A stretch of 64,000 nt of DNA from Nibricoccus sp. GTDB taxonomy: Bacteria; Verrucomicrobiota; Verrucomicrobiia; Opitutales; Opitutaceae. The position numbers were made by a program, and so were the translations under genes. The notes under the pieces were generated by a model, which was not told the origin of the DNA, did no database searches, and worked only from the letters and a program-made list of their open reading frames with translations. Shown piece by piece: positions 1-9,918 of this stretch. The DNA lies in contig JASGHG010000001.1 in assembly GCA_047602425.1 (NCBI GenBank), forward strand, positions 2,912,001 through 2,976,000, written 5' to 3'. Each line of letters opens with the position of its first letter. The first letter of the stretch is position 1.

Positions 1-1833
1 GCATACGATGTCGGTTATGCGCGTGAGTTGGGGTACACCGAGACGCAGATCTATAATGTCCCAGTCGGCGGAACGAGTGCGCAACGGACGGCCAACGCGG
101 GTGCTCTCTACCAAGGCCCTGTGAACAGCGGCCTCGATTTCAACCCGAACTATGCGCCGGTTAGCAAGAGCTACACTGGCCAGCAATACTACTGGGGCGG
201 TATCCACTCGCGCATGAAAGAGGGCTACCTTAACGAAAGCGTAAACTACTTCCACAAACCGCAAGCCAACGTCAACTGGTACCTAACTATCAATGATGAC
301 CTAAAGCTCACTTCGGTGTTCTATTATTCCGGTGGTCGTGGCGGTGGTTCTGGTACGCTGAATAACGGTTCCAGCGGCAATGCCTTTGCGCGTTACGCCA
401 ATACGGATCCTAACTACGGCAGCAATATCAACTGGGACGGCACGATAGCCAGCAACCGTGGCTCGACGAATGCAGTTGGCGGCGCCAAGACCGCCGGGCA
501 GTCCCTCGGCATTCTCCGAAACAGCGTCAACAACCAGGACCAGTTCGGCGCTGTCTCAAAACTTGCATTTCAGGCCACACCCGAATTGAAACTCACCACC
601 GGCCTCGACTGGCGCACGGCTACGATTGATCATTTCCGCGAAATCCGTGACCTGCTCGGCGGTGACTACTATCTGCCTACGGCCGCGCAAGCCAGCGAGT
701 TCTGGTCGACGGGCGCCAACACCCGCTTGGGACTCGGTGACAAGGTCGATTACTTCAACACCAACACCGTCGATTGGCTCGGTCTTTTTGCTCAAGGGCA
801 ATATGATCGCGATGCGTTCTCCGCATTCGCCGTGTACGGTTTTTCGACGATCAAGTACACCTTTGAGGATCTGTTCCGTCGTGCCAATGCCAGTTCCAAC
901 GAAACCTATAAGCTCGAACCCGGTTCGATCACCGGGCAACAAATCAAAGGCGGCGTAAACTACGCCTTCACGAAATCCTTTAGCACCTTTGTCAACGCCG
1001 GCTGGGTTTCGAAAGTGCCGATTTATGACGGCGTGATCAACGATATCGTTGGCAAACTTGTGACCAATCCCTCCAACGAAAAATTTACGTCCATCGAAGC
1101 CGGTGTTCGTTGGGAGCCGAACCAACAGCTCAAAGCCACGGCCAGCATTTACCACACGCTCTGGCGCGAGCGCACCATTTCCGTTACCAACGAAACGGCT
1201 GATTCCATCACCTACTTGCGCGGCGTCGGTTCGAATTATTCGGGCTTCGAAGCCGAACTCGCCTACCAGCCTCTCAAATGGGTTCGCTTCGATGGAGCTC
1301 TTTCGATCGGCCAGTGGGTCTACACCAACGACGTGCAGGGCGAAGCCTACTCGATTAGTTCAGGCGCGCAGATCGCCGGCGCGCCCACCTATTACTTGAA
1401 GGATCTCAAGGTCGGCGACGCGCCCCAATCGCAGATCGCCTACGGAGTCACCTTTTATCCCGTGCATGGTTTGAAGATTCGCGCCGAAGGCCGCTGGTAT
1501 GACCGTTACTGGTCGGACTTCACGCCTGAGTCCCGCAACACCACTCTAAACACAGCTGCGCCGCTTCATATCCAGCCTTGGCGTGTTCGCGCCTACACTG
1601 TTTATGATCTGCATATCGACTACGATCTGCCGTTCAGAACCGGCCCGGCCAAATTCCAAGTTTTTGCCCACGTCTTCAACGTGCTGAACAAAAAATACGT
1701 TTCCGACGCGACCGACGAAAGCTCGTTCGAAGCCGTTGGCACCAACCTCGCCGCGCGTCACAGCGCCCAGCGCGCCGAAGTCTTCTTCGGCACGCCGATC
1801 AGCTTCAACACTGGCGTGAAGGTTTCGTTCTAA
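1..1833 (+). CDS. TonB-dependent outer membrane receptor, beta-barrel part (5' end outside window)
   Basis: Frame open from base 1; amphipathic beta-strands, 'VFNVLNKKY' motif near the C-terminus, terminal Phe (GVKVSF). Confidence 0.88.
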   Translation, partial: AYDVGYARELGYTETQIYNVPVGGTSAQRTANAGALYQGPVNSGLDFNPNYAPVSKSYTGQQYYWGGIHSRMKEGYLNESVNYFHKPQANVNWYLTINDDLKLTSVFYYSGGRGGGSGTLNNGSSGNAFARYANTDPNYGSNINWDGTIASNRGSTNAVGGAKTAGQSLGILRNSVNNQDQFGAVSKLAFQATPELKLTTGLDWRTATIDHFREIRDLLGGDYYLPTAAQASEFWSTGANTRLGLGDKVDYFNTNTVDWLGLFAQGQYDRDAFSAFAVYGFSTIKYTFEDLFRRANASSNETYKLEPGSITGQQIKGGVNYAFTKSFSTFVNAGWVSKVPIYDGVINDIVGKLVTNPSNEKFTSIEAGVRWEPNQQLKATASIYHTLWRERTISVTNETADSITYLRGVGSNYSGFEAELAYQPLKWVRFDGALSIGQWVYTNDVQGEAYSISSGAQIAGAPTYYLKDLKVGDAPQSQIAYGVTFYPVHGLKIRAEGRWYDRYWSDFTPESRNTTLNTAAPLHIQPWRVRAYTVYDLHIDYDLPFRTGPAKFQVFAHVFNVLNKKYVSDATDESSFEAVGTNLAARHSAQRAEVFFGTPISFNTGVKVSF

Positions 1834-1854
1834 GATAACACGCGTTTTTCACCG

Positions 1855-1885
1855 GGCGGCTCCGTCAAACGGAGCCGCCTTTTTT
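1855..1885 (+). terminator. Intrinsic terminator after the receptor gene
   Basis: GGCGGCTCCG-tcaaa-CGGAGCCGCC followed by T6. Confidence 0.85.
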
Positions 1886-2518
1886 GTGTATTTTGAAGTC
1901 GAATACGCTTTCGAGATTCGGGCAAAACCAAGCGCCAGAACTAGGGAACGATTGCAAAAAGTCCGGGCACTTTACCGTGGCCGGTTGAACTTAGCAAAAC
2001 ACCCGGAGAAGAGTGTGGCGATGAGCTTGGCGTTGCCGAAGTAGGTTTCTCGCCATGCTCGACACGGGCGCCAGGCACGCGGCGGTGGGCTGAACTGGAG
2101 GGCCGACTTCCACGTCCGCCGGCCTGCGCGACCAAGAGCCGATGCGGAAACCAGCTCTCCACCCGAACCAACCAACGGGCTGCTAGAGTATGTTGATTGG
2201 TTGTAGTTTCGCCGCCGGAGTCTTCGCCATGTGGATTGCATCATTTTTGTGGTTAAACGATGCGCGCGGAGGCGATTTTAGATTTTTTTGGAGCTGACTG
2301 GGGACCGAAGGCGGCGGCAGATTTTGTGCGAAATCTGTCCACAGCCTGTGAGCAAATTCCAATAACTGCGGCTTGAGCCGGGCCGCCTGCAGCGTTGTCG
2401 TCAGAGCTTCGTTTTTACACCGCTTTCCCGGTGTAAAAACCGGCCGTCCTAGGGCAGAAACGCGTCAAAATAAAATTAGGGTAAAATCGCTTTATTAAAT
2501 AGTTTTATAAGTAGACAA

Positions 2519-2566
2519 CCACTACCGGTAGTGGTTGACAGGGGTGGCCACCACAAGCCCTAGTGG
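2519..2566. promoter_or_regulatory. Tandem NrdR-like boxes flanking a TTGACA -35 hexamer
   Basis: CCACTAccggTAGTGG (2519-2534) and CCACAAgcccTAGTGG (2551-2566), 32 bp apart, matching the arms of the NrdR consensus acaCwA-N4-TwGtg; TTGACA at 2535-2540; directly upstream of nrdJ. Confidence 0.75.
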
Positions 2567-2604
2567 CAGCCCGTTTTCGTAACTGAGGAGCAACTATTAT
2601 CACC

Positions 2605-4695
2605 ATGACCGCCTTCGCTACCCCCGCATCTCGTCCCGTTTCCCATCGTCAGAACGGTCTTCAAGACTACATCGCCATCTCGAAATATGCTCGTTACAAC
2701 CCCGCCAAGCGTCGTCGCGAAACCTGGTCGGAGGCCGTCGCCCGCGTGCGTGATATGCACCTCACGCATTTCAAGGACGCGTCGCTCAAAGACGTGGCCC
2801 GCGACCTGATCGCGAAGGGCGAAGTTTCAGCGGAAACCGTCGCACTGGCCGGTGAACTCGGCTCGTTGCACGGCGGAATTTTCTCGGCGTTTGCCGGTGT
2901 CGACAACAAAGAGGTGCTGCCTTCAATGCGCAGCCTTCAGTTCGGCGGCGAGGCGATCCTCTCCAAACACACGCGCATCTATAATTGCGCTTTCACGCAC
3001 ATCGACCGTCTCGAAGCGTTTCGCGAAAGTTTCTATCTTTTGCTCTGCGGTTGCGGCGTCGGTTTCTCCGTTCAACGCCAGCACATCGACCGCCTGCCGG
3101 CTCTTGCCGTTCAAAACAAATCCCTTCCGGTTGAGACCCATGTTGTCGCCGACACGATCGAAGGCTGGGCCGATTCGATGCACGCGCTCTTCCTCGCCGC
3201 AGTCGAAGGCCGTCGCGTTCAATTCGATTTCAGTCTCATTCGTCCCGCTGGTTCGCCGCTGCGCACTTCTGGTGGCAAAGCTCCTGGCGCCGAACCGCTG
3301 ATGCACGCGCTCAAACATATCGAGGCCATCCTCGACAAGGCCGCTGGCCGCAAGATGCGCTCGATCGAAGCCTACGATTGCATCATGTGGGCTGCGAAGG
3401 CCGTGCTTTCCGGTGGTATCCGCCGCTCCGCGACGATTTGCCTTTTCTCCGCCGACGACGTCGAGATGACCAATGCCAAAACTGGCAGCTGGTTCGACAC
3501 CAACCCGCAGCGCGCCGCGAGCAACAACTCCGCAGTCATTGTTCGCAGCAAGGCCAGCCGCGAAGATTTCGACCGCCTTTTCGAAGCGCAAAAACAATTC
3601 GGCGAGCCCGGTTTCTACTTCGTCGAAGATCCTGAACACGGCTCGAATCCTTGCGTCGAGATTGGTCTCAATCCTCGTGTCAATCTCGACCAGGAATCGA
3701 TCGCGCGTCTCCGCGAACTCGGTTATCAGGGTGAGCTCAAGGAAGGCGAAACCGTTTCCGGTTTCCAATTCTGCAATCTCACGACGCTTTCCGCCGCTGT
3801 CGCGGAAACTCCTGAGAAGTTCTATAAGCTCTGCGCCAAGGCCGCGCTCATCGGCACGCTTCAAGCCGGTTACACGAACTTCAATTACCTTTCGCCGGTC
3901 GCCCGCTACGTCACGGAACGCGAAGCGCTCCTCGGCGTGTCGATCTGCGGCATCCTTGACCGTCCGGACGTTCTCCTGAATCCCGACGTGCTCCGTCAGG
4001 CCGCCGAGGTCGTGAAAACCGTCAACCTCATCGTCGCAAAAGCCATAGGCATCCGCCCGGCTGCGCGCACGACCTGCGTGAAGCCCGAGGGCACCGCCAG
4101 TTTGCTCCTAGGCACCAGTTCGGGCCTGCACCCGCACCACTCCGTGCGCTACTTCCGCCGCGTGCAGACCAATATCTACGATCCGATCTACAAGCATTTC
4201 AAGAAGGCCAACGAGCACATGTGCGAGGTCAGTATCTACGATCCGCACAAGCGCACGGAAATGATCACCTTCCCCGTCGAAGGCCCGGCCTTTGGCATCT
4301 ATCGCGAAGATGTTTCCGCGCTCCAACATCTCGACTACATTCGCACCGTGCAAACGCACTGGGTCATGGCGGGTCGTCGTCACGAGGACTTCTCGCCCGG
4401 TCTGCATCACAACGTTTCCTGCACCGTCACGGTTCGCCGCGACGAATGGAACGATGTCGCCGACTATATCTGGAACAATCGCTCGACCTTCACCGGTATC
4501 GCGCTGCTCCAGGACAGCGGTGACAAAGCCTACGCTCAGGCCCCCCGCGAATCCGTGGCCTCGCCTGAAGACATCGAGAAATGGAATACTTTGACCTACA
4601 AGCCGGTTGACTACACCGAACTGTGTGAGGACGAAGACATCACCGAGCTCAAGCAAGTCGCAGCCTGTGCCGGCGGCGCCTGCGAACTCGTGTGA
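2605..4695 (+). CDS. nrdJ: Adenosylcobalamin-dependent (class II) ribonucleotide reductase, monomeric RTPR type
   Basis: IYNCAF, LLLCGCGVGF, NPCVEI finger loop, FCNL, TTCVKPEGT, C-terminal CAGGAC redox pair; GAGGAG RBS. Confidence 0.92.
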   Translation: MTAFATPASRPVSHRQNGLQDYIAISKYARYNPAKRRRETWSEAVARVRDMHLTHFKDASLKDVARDLIAKGEVSAETVALAGELGSLHGGIFSAFAGVDNKEVLPSMRSLQFGGEAILSKHTRIYNCAFTHIDRLEAFRESFYLLLCGCGVGFSVQRQHIDRLPALAVQNKSLPVETHVVADTIEGWADSMHALFLAAVEGRRVQFDFSLIRPAGSPLRTSGGKAPGAEPLMHALKHIEAILDKAAGRKMRSIEAYDCIMWAAKAVLSGGIRRSATICLFSADDVEMTNAKTGSWFDTNPQRAASNNSAVIVRSKASREDFDRLFEAQKQFGEPGFYFVEDPEHGSNPCVEIGLNPRVNLDQESIARLRELGYQGELKEGETVSGFQFCNLTTLSAAVAETPEKFYKLCAKAALIGTLQAGYTNFNYLSPVARYVTEREALLGVSICGILDRPDVLLNPDVLRQAAEVVKTVNLIVAKAIGIRPAARTTCVKPEGTASLLLGTSSGLHPHHSVRYFRRVQTNIYDPIYKHFKKANEHMCEVSIYDPHKRTEMITFPVEGPAFGIYREDVSALQHLDYIRTVQTHWVMAGRRHEDFSPGLHHNVSCTVTVRRDEWNDVADYIWNNRSTFTGIALLQDSGDKAYAQAPRESVASPEDIEKWNTLTYKPVDYTELCEDEDITELKQVAACAGGACELV

Positions 4696-4739
4696 ACGCG
4701 GCCCGTCGCCCGACGGGTGTCAGCTCGATAATAGCGAAC

Positions 4740-4774
4740 GAAGCGCGGTTTTCAGACCGCGCTTCTTCGTTTTT
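4740..4774 (+). terminator. Hairpin/terminator after nrdJ
   Basis: GAAGCGCGGT-tttcag-ACCGCGCTTC then T-rich tail. Confidence 0.65.
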
Positions 4775-4819
4775 GGAGCGGTGACGTGCTTCTCTTTTGG
4801 AGAAATGAGCCGCTCTAGA

Positions 4820-5242
4820 TCACTCCCCGGCCCAGTGGATCTTCAATGGCTTCTCGATCGACGGGTGCAAGCTGCGACCAACGGGGCACGAACTACTCAT
4901 TTGTTCTAAAAGATTCACAAGTTCGGCCGGCAACGCATGGCGCGGCGTAGACAGCCAGACTTGAACAGGCAGGCCGACGATGCGTCGTGGTGTGTCGGAC
5001 GACATGATTTTGGTGACCTCAAACCGCGCACCATTCAACTCATGACCATGTTTTCGGGCGACGAGTGCCATTGTGGTAAGAATACAGGTGCCAAGCGAGG
5101 TGGCGGTGAGGTCGGTTGGGGAGAACGCCTCGCCGCGTCCTTGATTGTCTTTTGGCGCGTCGGTGACGAGCGAGTTGGAGGACGGAGTATGGATGGCGAC
5201 GCAATGGAGATCGCCTTGGTATTCGCCTGTGATTTTGACCAT
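4820..5242 (-). CDS. OsmC/Ohr family protein
   Basis: TDAPKDNQGRGEAFSPTDL..LGTC and CPVGRSL conserved Cys motifs. Confidence 0.9.
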   Translation of the reverse strand: MVKITGEYQGDLHCVAIHTPSSNSLVTDAPKDNQGRGEAFSPTDLTATSLGTCILTTMALVARKHGHELNGARFEVTKIMSSDTPRRIVGLPVQVWLSTPRHALPAELVNLLEQMSSSCPVGRSLHPSIEKPLKIHWAGE

Positions 5243-5396
5243 GGTAAGAGGGGATTGCGGGAGATTGTGGCGCTGCATTTACGCACCTGAATGTGGGGAC
5301 TTCAAGCAGCCCACGCCGGTGTGCTTAAAAAACGACGCCGCACCGAGCAACGTTCTGCTTGCCGCCGGCCGGGTGGGCTGCGATGACGTTTCGCCT

Positions 5397-5726
5397 ATGG
5401 CCAAACTTCCTGAACAATTCGCCGGCGTGACCGTCGTCACAAAGGCCAACGTCTACTTTGACGGCAAAGTCGTCAGCCACTCGGTGATTTTTGCCGACAG
5501 CTCCAAAAAAACCCTGGGGCTGATCTATCCCGGCTCGTATCACTTCGGCACGGGCGCTCCTGAACGCATGGAGATTGTCGCTGGTTCGTGCAAAGTGACG
5601 CTCGACGGCCAGACTGCGGTCAAGACCTACAATGCTGGGGAATTTTTCGACGTCCCCGGCAAAAGCGGTTTCACCATCGAAGTCGCCAGTGGCCTCTGCG
5701 AGTACATCTGCTCGTTTTTGAGCTGA
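5397..5726 (+). CDS. ppnP: Pyrimidine/purine nucleoside phosphorylase (DUF1255, cupin)
   Basis: KANVYFDGKVVS...KKTLGLI.PG.YHFGT..PERMEIVAG...EYICSF. Confidence 0.88.
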   Translation: MAKLPEQFAGVTVVTKANVYFDGKVVSHSVIFADSSKKTLGLIYPGSYHFGTGAPERMEIVAGSCKVTLDGQTAVKTYNAGEFFDVPGKSGFTIEVASGLCEYICSFLS

Positions 5727-5798
5727 GCGGCTTTCTGGGGTAGGGCGGATTCCGCCCGGTCAATGCAAGAGCATGACCCTGCCTTGGTGCACTTCTGA

Positions 5799-5864
5799 GA
5801 CGGGCGCCTTTCACGGCGTCCGTTTTTTTTGTGTACAAAAAAGGCGCGCTGGATCGGCGCGCCT
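5799..5864. terminator. Back-to-back terminators between convergent ppnP and yebC paralog
   Basis: GACGGGCGCC/GGCGTCCGTT + T-run on plus; A-run + AGGCGCGC/GCGCGCCT for minus. Confidence 0.75.
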
Positions 5865-5888
5865 GAAAATTAACTTTGGGCGGAAGGT

Positions 5889-6620
5889 TTACTTCACCGC
5901 GGCCCAGACGCGTTGGACGTCGTCGTGGTCTTCGAGGGCTTGCAGGAAATTGCCGACGTCTTCGCGGTCGGCGTCACTGAGCTCGGGGAAGGTTTTAGCG
6001 ACATAGCCGAGTTCGGAAGTAATCACCGACCAGCCGTGTTCGCGCAGCCACACGGAAGCGGCATGGACGCCCGCGCGGTCAGTGAGAAGACGGACGCCAA
6101 TATGGTCGGCGGGAACGTCGTCGTTTTGGGCGTGGGTCAGGGTTTCGAATTCGTTGGCGCCAGCTTCGATCGCGATGGCTTCGAGGTCGGCTTTGGTGTC
6201 GGCGTGGTGGACCTCAACGATGCCGACGTGATCGAAAAGGAATTTGTTGCTACCGGCGCCGCCGAGCACGCCCTTCTTGAAGAGCACGCGCATCTCGGGC
6301 GCGGTGCGCTGGGTGTTGTCGGTCATGACCTCGACAATCACGGGTACTTTATGCGGTGCGTAGCCTTCGAAGACGACATGTTCGAGGACCATTTTATCGT
6401 CGCCGATGCCCGCGCCTTTTTTGATGGCGCGTTCGATGACATCGCGGGTGACGCTCTGTTTTCGGGCTTTTTCGCAGGCGGCGAAAAGGCGTGCGTTGGC
6501 GTTGACATCCGGTCCGCCGAGTTTGGCGGCGACGGTGATTTCTTTGACGATTTTGCCGACCGTTTGGCCTTTTTTGAGGTTAACGATGGCGCGTTTTGCG
6601 TGAAGCCATTGGCGTCCCAT
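5889..6620 (-). CDS. YebC/PmpR family protein (divergent paralog)
   Basis: KEITVAAKLGG, IERAIKKG, FEGYAP, VMTDN..RT, LEDHDDVQRVW. Confidence 0.9.
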   Translation of the reverse strand: MGRQWLHAKRAIVNLKKGQTVGKIVKEITVAAKLGGPDVNANARLFAACEKARKQSVTRDVIERAIKKGAGIGDDKMVLEHVVFEGYAPHKVPVIVEVMTDNTQRTAPEMRVLFKKGVLGGAGSNKFLFDHVGIVEVHHADTKADLEAIAIEAGANEFETLTHAQNDDVPADHIGVRLLTDRAGVHAASVWLREHGWSVITSELGYVAKTFPELSDADREDVGNFLQALEDHDDVQRVWAAVK

Positions 6621-6823
6621 GGCGGGAGACGTTGGCGAACCGTTTGCGCGCGCGCAATCCGGAAGGTGAGGGATGGAAGCAATTTTCGAAGGCGGTCGGT
6701 GGAAACTCCGAAATGGATTGGCGGGTTGGGATCCGGGAAGCTGCGGGTCGGCTCGAGCGGGGGCAGCCTACAGCGACTGTTTCGGCCTCTTGCCAATTGG
6801 CCATGGCGGGCTAATTTTCCGCA

Positions 6824-7357
6824 ATGCGTAATTTTTTCCTCCTTCTTTTGCTTGGCGGTTTGTTGGCTACGGTCGCGCTTGTGGTGCGTGCTGGGCTGCT
6901 CGCCCGCGAGGATCCGGGACAACCGATCAATAAGGCGATGCGCCAAGTGGTGAACGCCCGCAACGCGAAGCATTGGAGCGAAGCGGATGAAAAGTTGATC
7001 GCGGAAAAATATCCCAACGCGCAGAAAACCGAATCGGGTCTGCTCTACATCGTGACCACGCCGGGCGAAGAGGGGCCAACGCCGTCGTTTGGCTCACGTG
7101 TGACGGTGAACTATGAAGGACGTTTTCTCGACGGGCAAAAATTTGACAGCAGCTATGATCGCAAGGAGCCATTCACGTTCACCGTGGGAGTGGGGAAGGT
7201 GATCAAAGGCTGGGATGAAGCATTCCAAACGATGAAAAAGGGCGAGAAGCGCACGCTGATCGTGCCACATTGGCTGGGGTACGGCGACAAGGCACGTCCG
7301 CCGATCCCGCCGCGAGCGACCCTGGTATTTGACGTGGAACTCGTTTCGTTTCGCTGA
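6824..7357 (+). CDS. FKBP-type peptidyl-prolyl isomerase with N-terminal membrane anchor
   Basis: VNYEGRFLDGQKFDSSYDR, VIKGWDEA, GYG..PPIPP.ATLVFDVEL. Confidence 0.93.
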   Translation: MRNFFLLLLLGGLLATVALVVRAGLLAREDPGQPINKAMRQVVNARNAKHWSEADEKLIAEKYPNAQKTESGLLYIVTTPGEEGPTPSFGSRVTVNYEGRFLDGQKFDSSYDRKEPFTFTVGVGKVIKGWDEAFQTMKKGEKRTLIVPHWLGYGDKARPPIPPRATLVFDVELVSFR

Positions 7358-7404
7358 AACGTGTTTCTTTCGTGGTGGTATAGAATGGTTTGGCTGCGGA
7401 GAAA

Positions 7405-9918
7405 CTAGTAGCGTTTTGACGGGATGACCTTGCGGCCGCGTCGGCAGCCGCGCCAGACAAAGAGCACGGTGGCGAGAGCGGATAACCAGGGATTGATGGC
7501 GCCGCCGCCTCCGCCCTTGGCGGGAGGTGGTGGTTGGCTGCCCGAGCTGGAAGACGAACTGCTGCTACTCGACGAGGACGAAGAAGAACTCGAACTGCTC
7601 GACGAGGAACTGGACGACGAGGACGAAGAACTTGAAGAGGATGAGCTCGAAGACGATGAGGAGGAACTGCTGGAAGACGACGATCCGAGCGCCGTGATCC
7701 ACGAAGTCACGAGTGCAATGTCGGTGTTGTCGAGTTCGGTGCTGGCAAGCGGAGGCATCTGTCCGGGGCCGCGCGTGCCGATTTTGGTCAGCAGCATGGA
7801 GAGTGCGGTATTGCCCGGGACGATCACGCGGGCGGCAGGATTGCCGCCGTTGTTGACGAGAGGGCCATTGATCAGGCCGGCGCTGCCGGTGGGTGTTTCG
7901 ATGCGAGCGTCCCAGTTGCCAAGGGCGGCGCCGCCGGGCTGGTGACAGGAAATACAGTTGGCCGCGAGATACGAGCGCACGCGGAATTCGAGCGGCGCGG
8001 ATGTGTCGGAGGCCGGGGCGAGCGCGTACATCGTGCTCAGGACCGGAAGTGTGGTGGTGGTGAAATATCCCGCGTTGTTTAGCGCAGTCAGCTGGTTGGC
8101 GGAACCGCTGGGATAATTGAAGACGTGGTTGAGCTGGGGAGTGTTGAAACTCAGGGCGTGGCCGGCGACGGCGGTGTGGCATTGCAGGCATTCGGAGCGG
8201 CTGGGATAGCGCCAGGTTTGGGTGCGCATCGTGCCATTGTCATTGATGGCGATGCTCTCGGTTTCGCCGGCTTCGGCCACGAGCGTAGCTTCGGTTTGCG
8301 CGATATTCCAACGATAGGTCACGCCATAAACGCCGCTCGCGGTTTTCACGAGGAAGCGGGTTTCAAGGCGGCGCGAGCTGGACGGGACACCGCGGGTGGT
8401 TTCCAGATCAAAGTGTTTGATCCAAACCGTGCCTGCGGGAAAAGTCCAATTGTCGTCCGGTTGAAAAGTGATCTTGTCGGCGAGCGCGGGCACGCTGAAC
8501 CAGCGGCGTTTGATCGCATAGTCGGACCAGAAAGAGACGTTGGGTTCGTAAGGCACGATGCCGGCGTGGGGTGTAAGCGTGGCAAGATCGGAAAATGCTC
8601 CGGTGGCGCTCAGCGTGGCGGGGAGCGGCGTTCCCGTGGGCGTGGAATTATAAATGAGGCGGCGGATGGCGCCGGTGCCGATGCTGGCGTAAAGGACATC
8701 TCCATTGCGGGGATCGAGGCCGAAGCCGACGGGCGTGGAATCGTTGAACAATGTCTGCACCTGCACAGGACCGCTGGCAGGAAATGTCATGAGGAAGATG
8801 CGATTGGTTCCGTAATCGCCGAAAACGTATTTCCCAAAAAGTTGGGAAAAGCGACTGCCCCGGTAGACGACGCCGCCGGTGATCGAGGAGGCGGTGGAAC
8901 GATCGGTGTCCCAAATCGGATCGATAAAATTGGCGCTGGCGGGTGGGTTGGCGCGCGGCCCGGCGATGGTGCCCTCGCGATAATTCCAGCCGTAGTCTCC
9001 GCCTTTGGTGATGAGGTCGATTTCCTCACGCGCACCCTGTCCGACGTCGCCGAGAAGAAGTCGCCCAGTGGCATCATCGAAGGAAAAACGCCAGGGGTTG
9101 CGCAATCCGACGGCCCAGAATTCCGTATGGACGCTGGTTGGAGTAACCGTGACGCCATTGAAGGAAGTGGCGCCGACGAACGGGTTGTCCGCAGGGACCT
9201 TGTAAGTGCCGGCGTGGACGGAGGGGTGGGAGTTGGGTGTGAGGTTGGAAGCGAGTTGATCCACGTCGATGCGCAGGAGGCCGGAGAAGAAATCTTTGTC
9301 GATGCGCTGGCTGTTGTTGCGCGAATCGTTGCTGTCACCCTCGTCGCCAAGTGCGACATAGAGATAGCCATCAGAGCCGAAATGAAGATCGCCGCCGTTG
9401 TGGTTGCTGGCCTCGTCATACTGCGAAATCATGGGAACTTCGGTGGCGAGGATGTCGGCATTGGTTGCGGGAGCGGCGAGCGCAGTGAAACGCGAGAGGC
9501 GGTCGTGACGCCCGGAGCCGGCCGAAGTCGTGGCGGTGCAAGTATAGAAGACGTAAAAGTAGCGATTGGTGGCGAAATTCGGATGGAACGCGAGGCCGAG
9601 CAGGCCCTCTTCGCCGCTCGTGAGCGTGCGGGCACTGATGTCGAAGAAGAGTTGTTTGGCCGGGGTGGAGGCAAGACCGGTGACGGCCTGGATGGTGCCG
9701 GTTTTTTCCACAACGAAGAGCCGGTCGGTTTCGCCTGGTGCTGTGGCGATGGCAAGTGGTTGGCTAAACGTCAGACCGGGAAACGCCGCCTCGGCGGTGT
9801 AGCCGAAGGATTGCGGATTCTGCGGCAGGGCGAGCGTGGTGTTGGCGACACGGGTGATCTGGGCGGCGGCGTGGAGAGATGCGAGCAGCACCGCCAGGGT
9901 GGTCAGAATAAAACGCAT
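7405..9918 (-). CDS. Secreted glucose/sorbosone dehydrogenase-like beta-propeller fused to a diheme cytochrome c domain, poly-Ser linker, GlyGly-CTERM-like tail
   Basis: Signal peptide; GEEGLLGLAFHPNF, NHNGGDLHFG.DGYLY, GLRNPWRFSFD; CLQCH and CISCH heme motifs; Ser run; GGGGGA-TM-RRGRK. Confidence 0.85.
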   Translation of the reverse strand: MRFILTTLAVLLASLHAAAQITRVANTTLALPQNPQSFGYTAEAAFPGLTFSQPLAIATAPGETDRLFVVEKTGTIQAVTGLASTPAKQLFFDISARTLTSGEEGLLGLAFHPNFATNRYFYVFYTCTATTSAGSGRHDRLSRFTALAAPATNADILATEVPMISQYDEASNHNGGDLHFGSDGYLYVALGDEGDSNDSRNNSQRIDKDFFSGLLRIDVDQLASNLTPNSHPSVHAGTYKVPADNPFVGATSFNGVTVTPTSVHTEFWAVGLRNPWRFSFDDATGRLLLGDVGQGAREEIDLITKGGDYGWNYREGTIAGPRANPPASANFIDPIWDTDRSTASSITGGVVYRGSRFSQLFGKYVFGDYGTNRIFLMTFPASGPVQVQTLFNDSTPVGFGLDPRNGDVLYASIGTGAIRRLIYNSTPTGTPLPATLSATGAFSDLATLTPHAGIVPYEPNVSFWSDYAIKRRWFSVPALADKITFQPDDNWTFPAGTVWIKHFDLETTRGVPSSSRRLETRFLVKTASGVYGVTYRWNIAQTEATLVAEAGETESIAINDNGTMRTQTWRYPSRSECLQCHTAVAGHALSFNTPQLNHVFNYPSGSANQLTALNNAGYFTTTTLPVLSTMYALAPASDTSAPLEFRVRSYLAANCISCHQPGGAALGNWDARIETPTGSAGLINGPLVNNGGNPAARVIVPGNTALSMLLTKIGTRGPGQMPPLASTELDNTDIALVTSWITALGSSSSSSSSSSSSSSSSSSSSSSSSSSSSSSSSSSSSSSSSSSSSSSSGSQPPPPAKGGGGGAINPWLSALATVLFVWRGCRRGRKVIPSKRY
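7543..7683 (-). repeat. Poly-serine tract (47 codons by coordinates)
   Basis: Uninterrupted Ser codons mixing TCN and AGY. Confidence 0.9.

Noticed and set aside
2380..2450. Cobalamin riboswitch before nrdJ (GGGAAAGCGGTGTAAA on the minus strand)
   Set aside because: Wrong strand for nrdJ, the CGG/CCG helix cannot form, and no B12 box follows.
3660..3770. Intein or intron in nrdJ between NPCVEI and FQFCNL
   Set aside because: The insertion is only about 30 aa, in frame, with no intein C...HN motifs.
7424..7945. Acidic Glu/Asp/Leu-rich ORF on the plus strand (also 55986-56360 on minus)
   Set aside because: Antisense shadows of the poly-Ser tracts.
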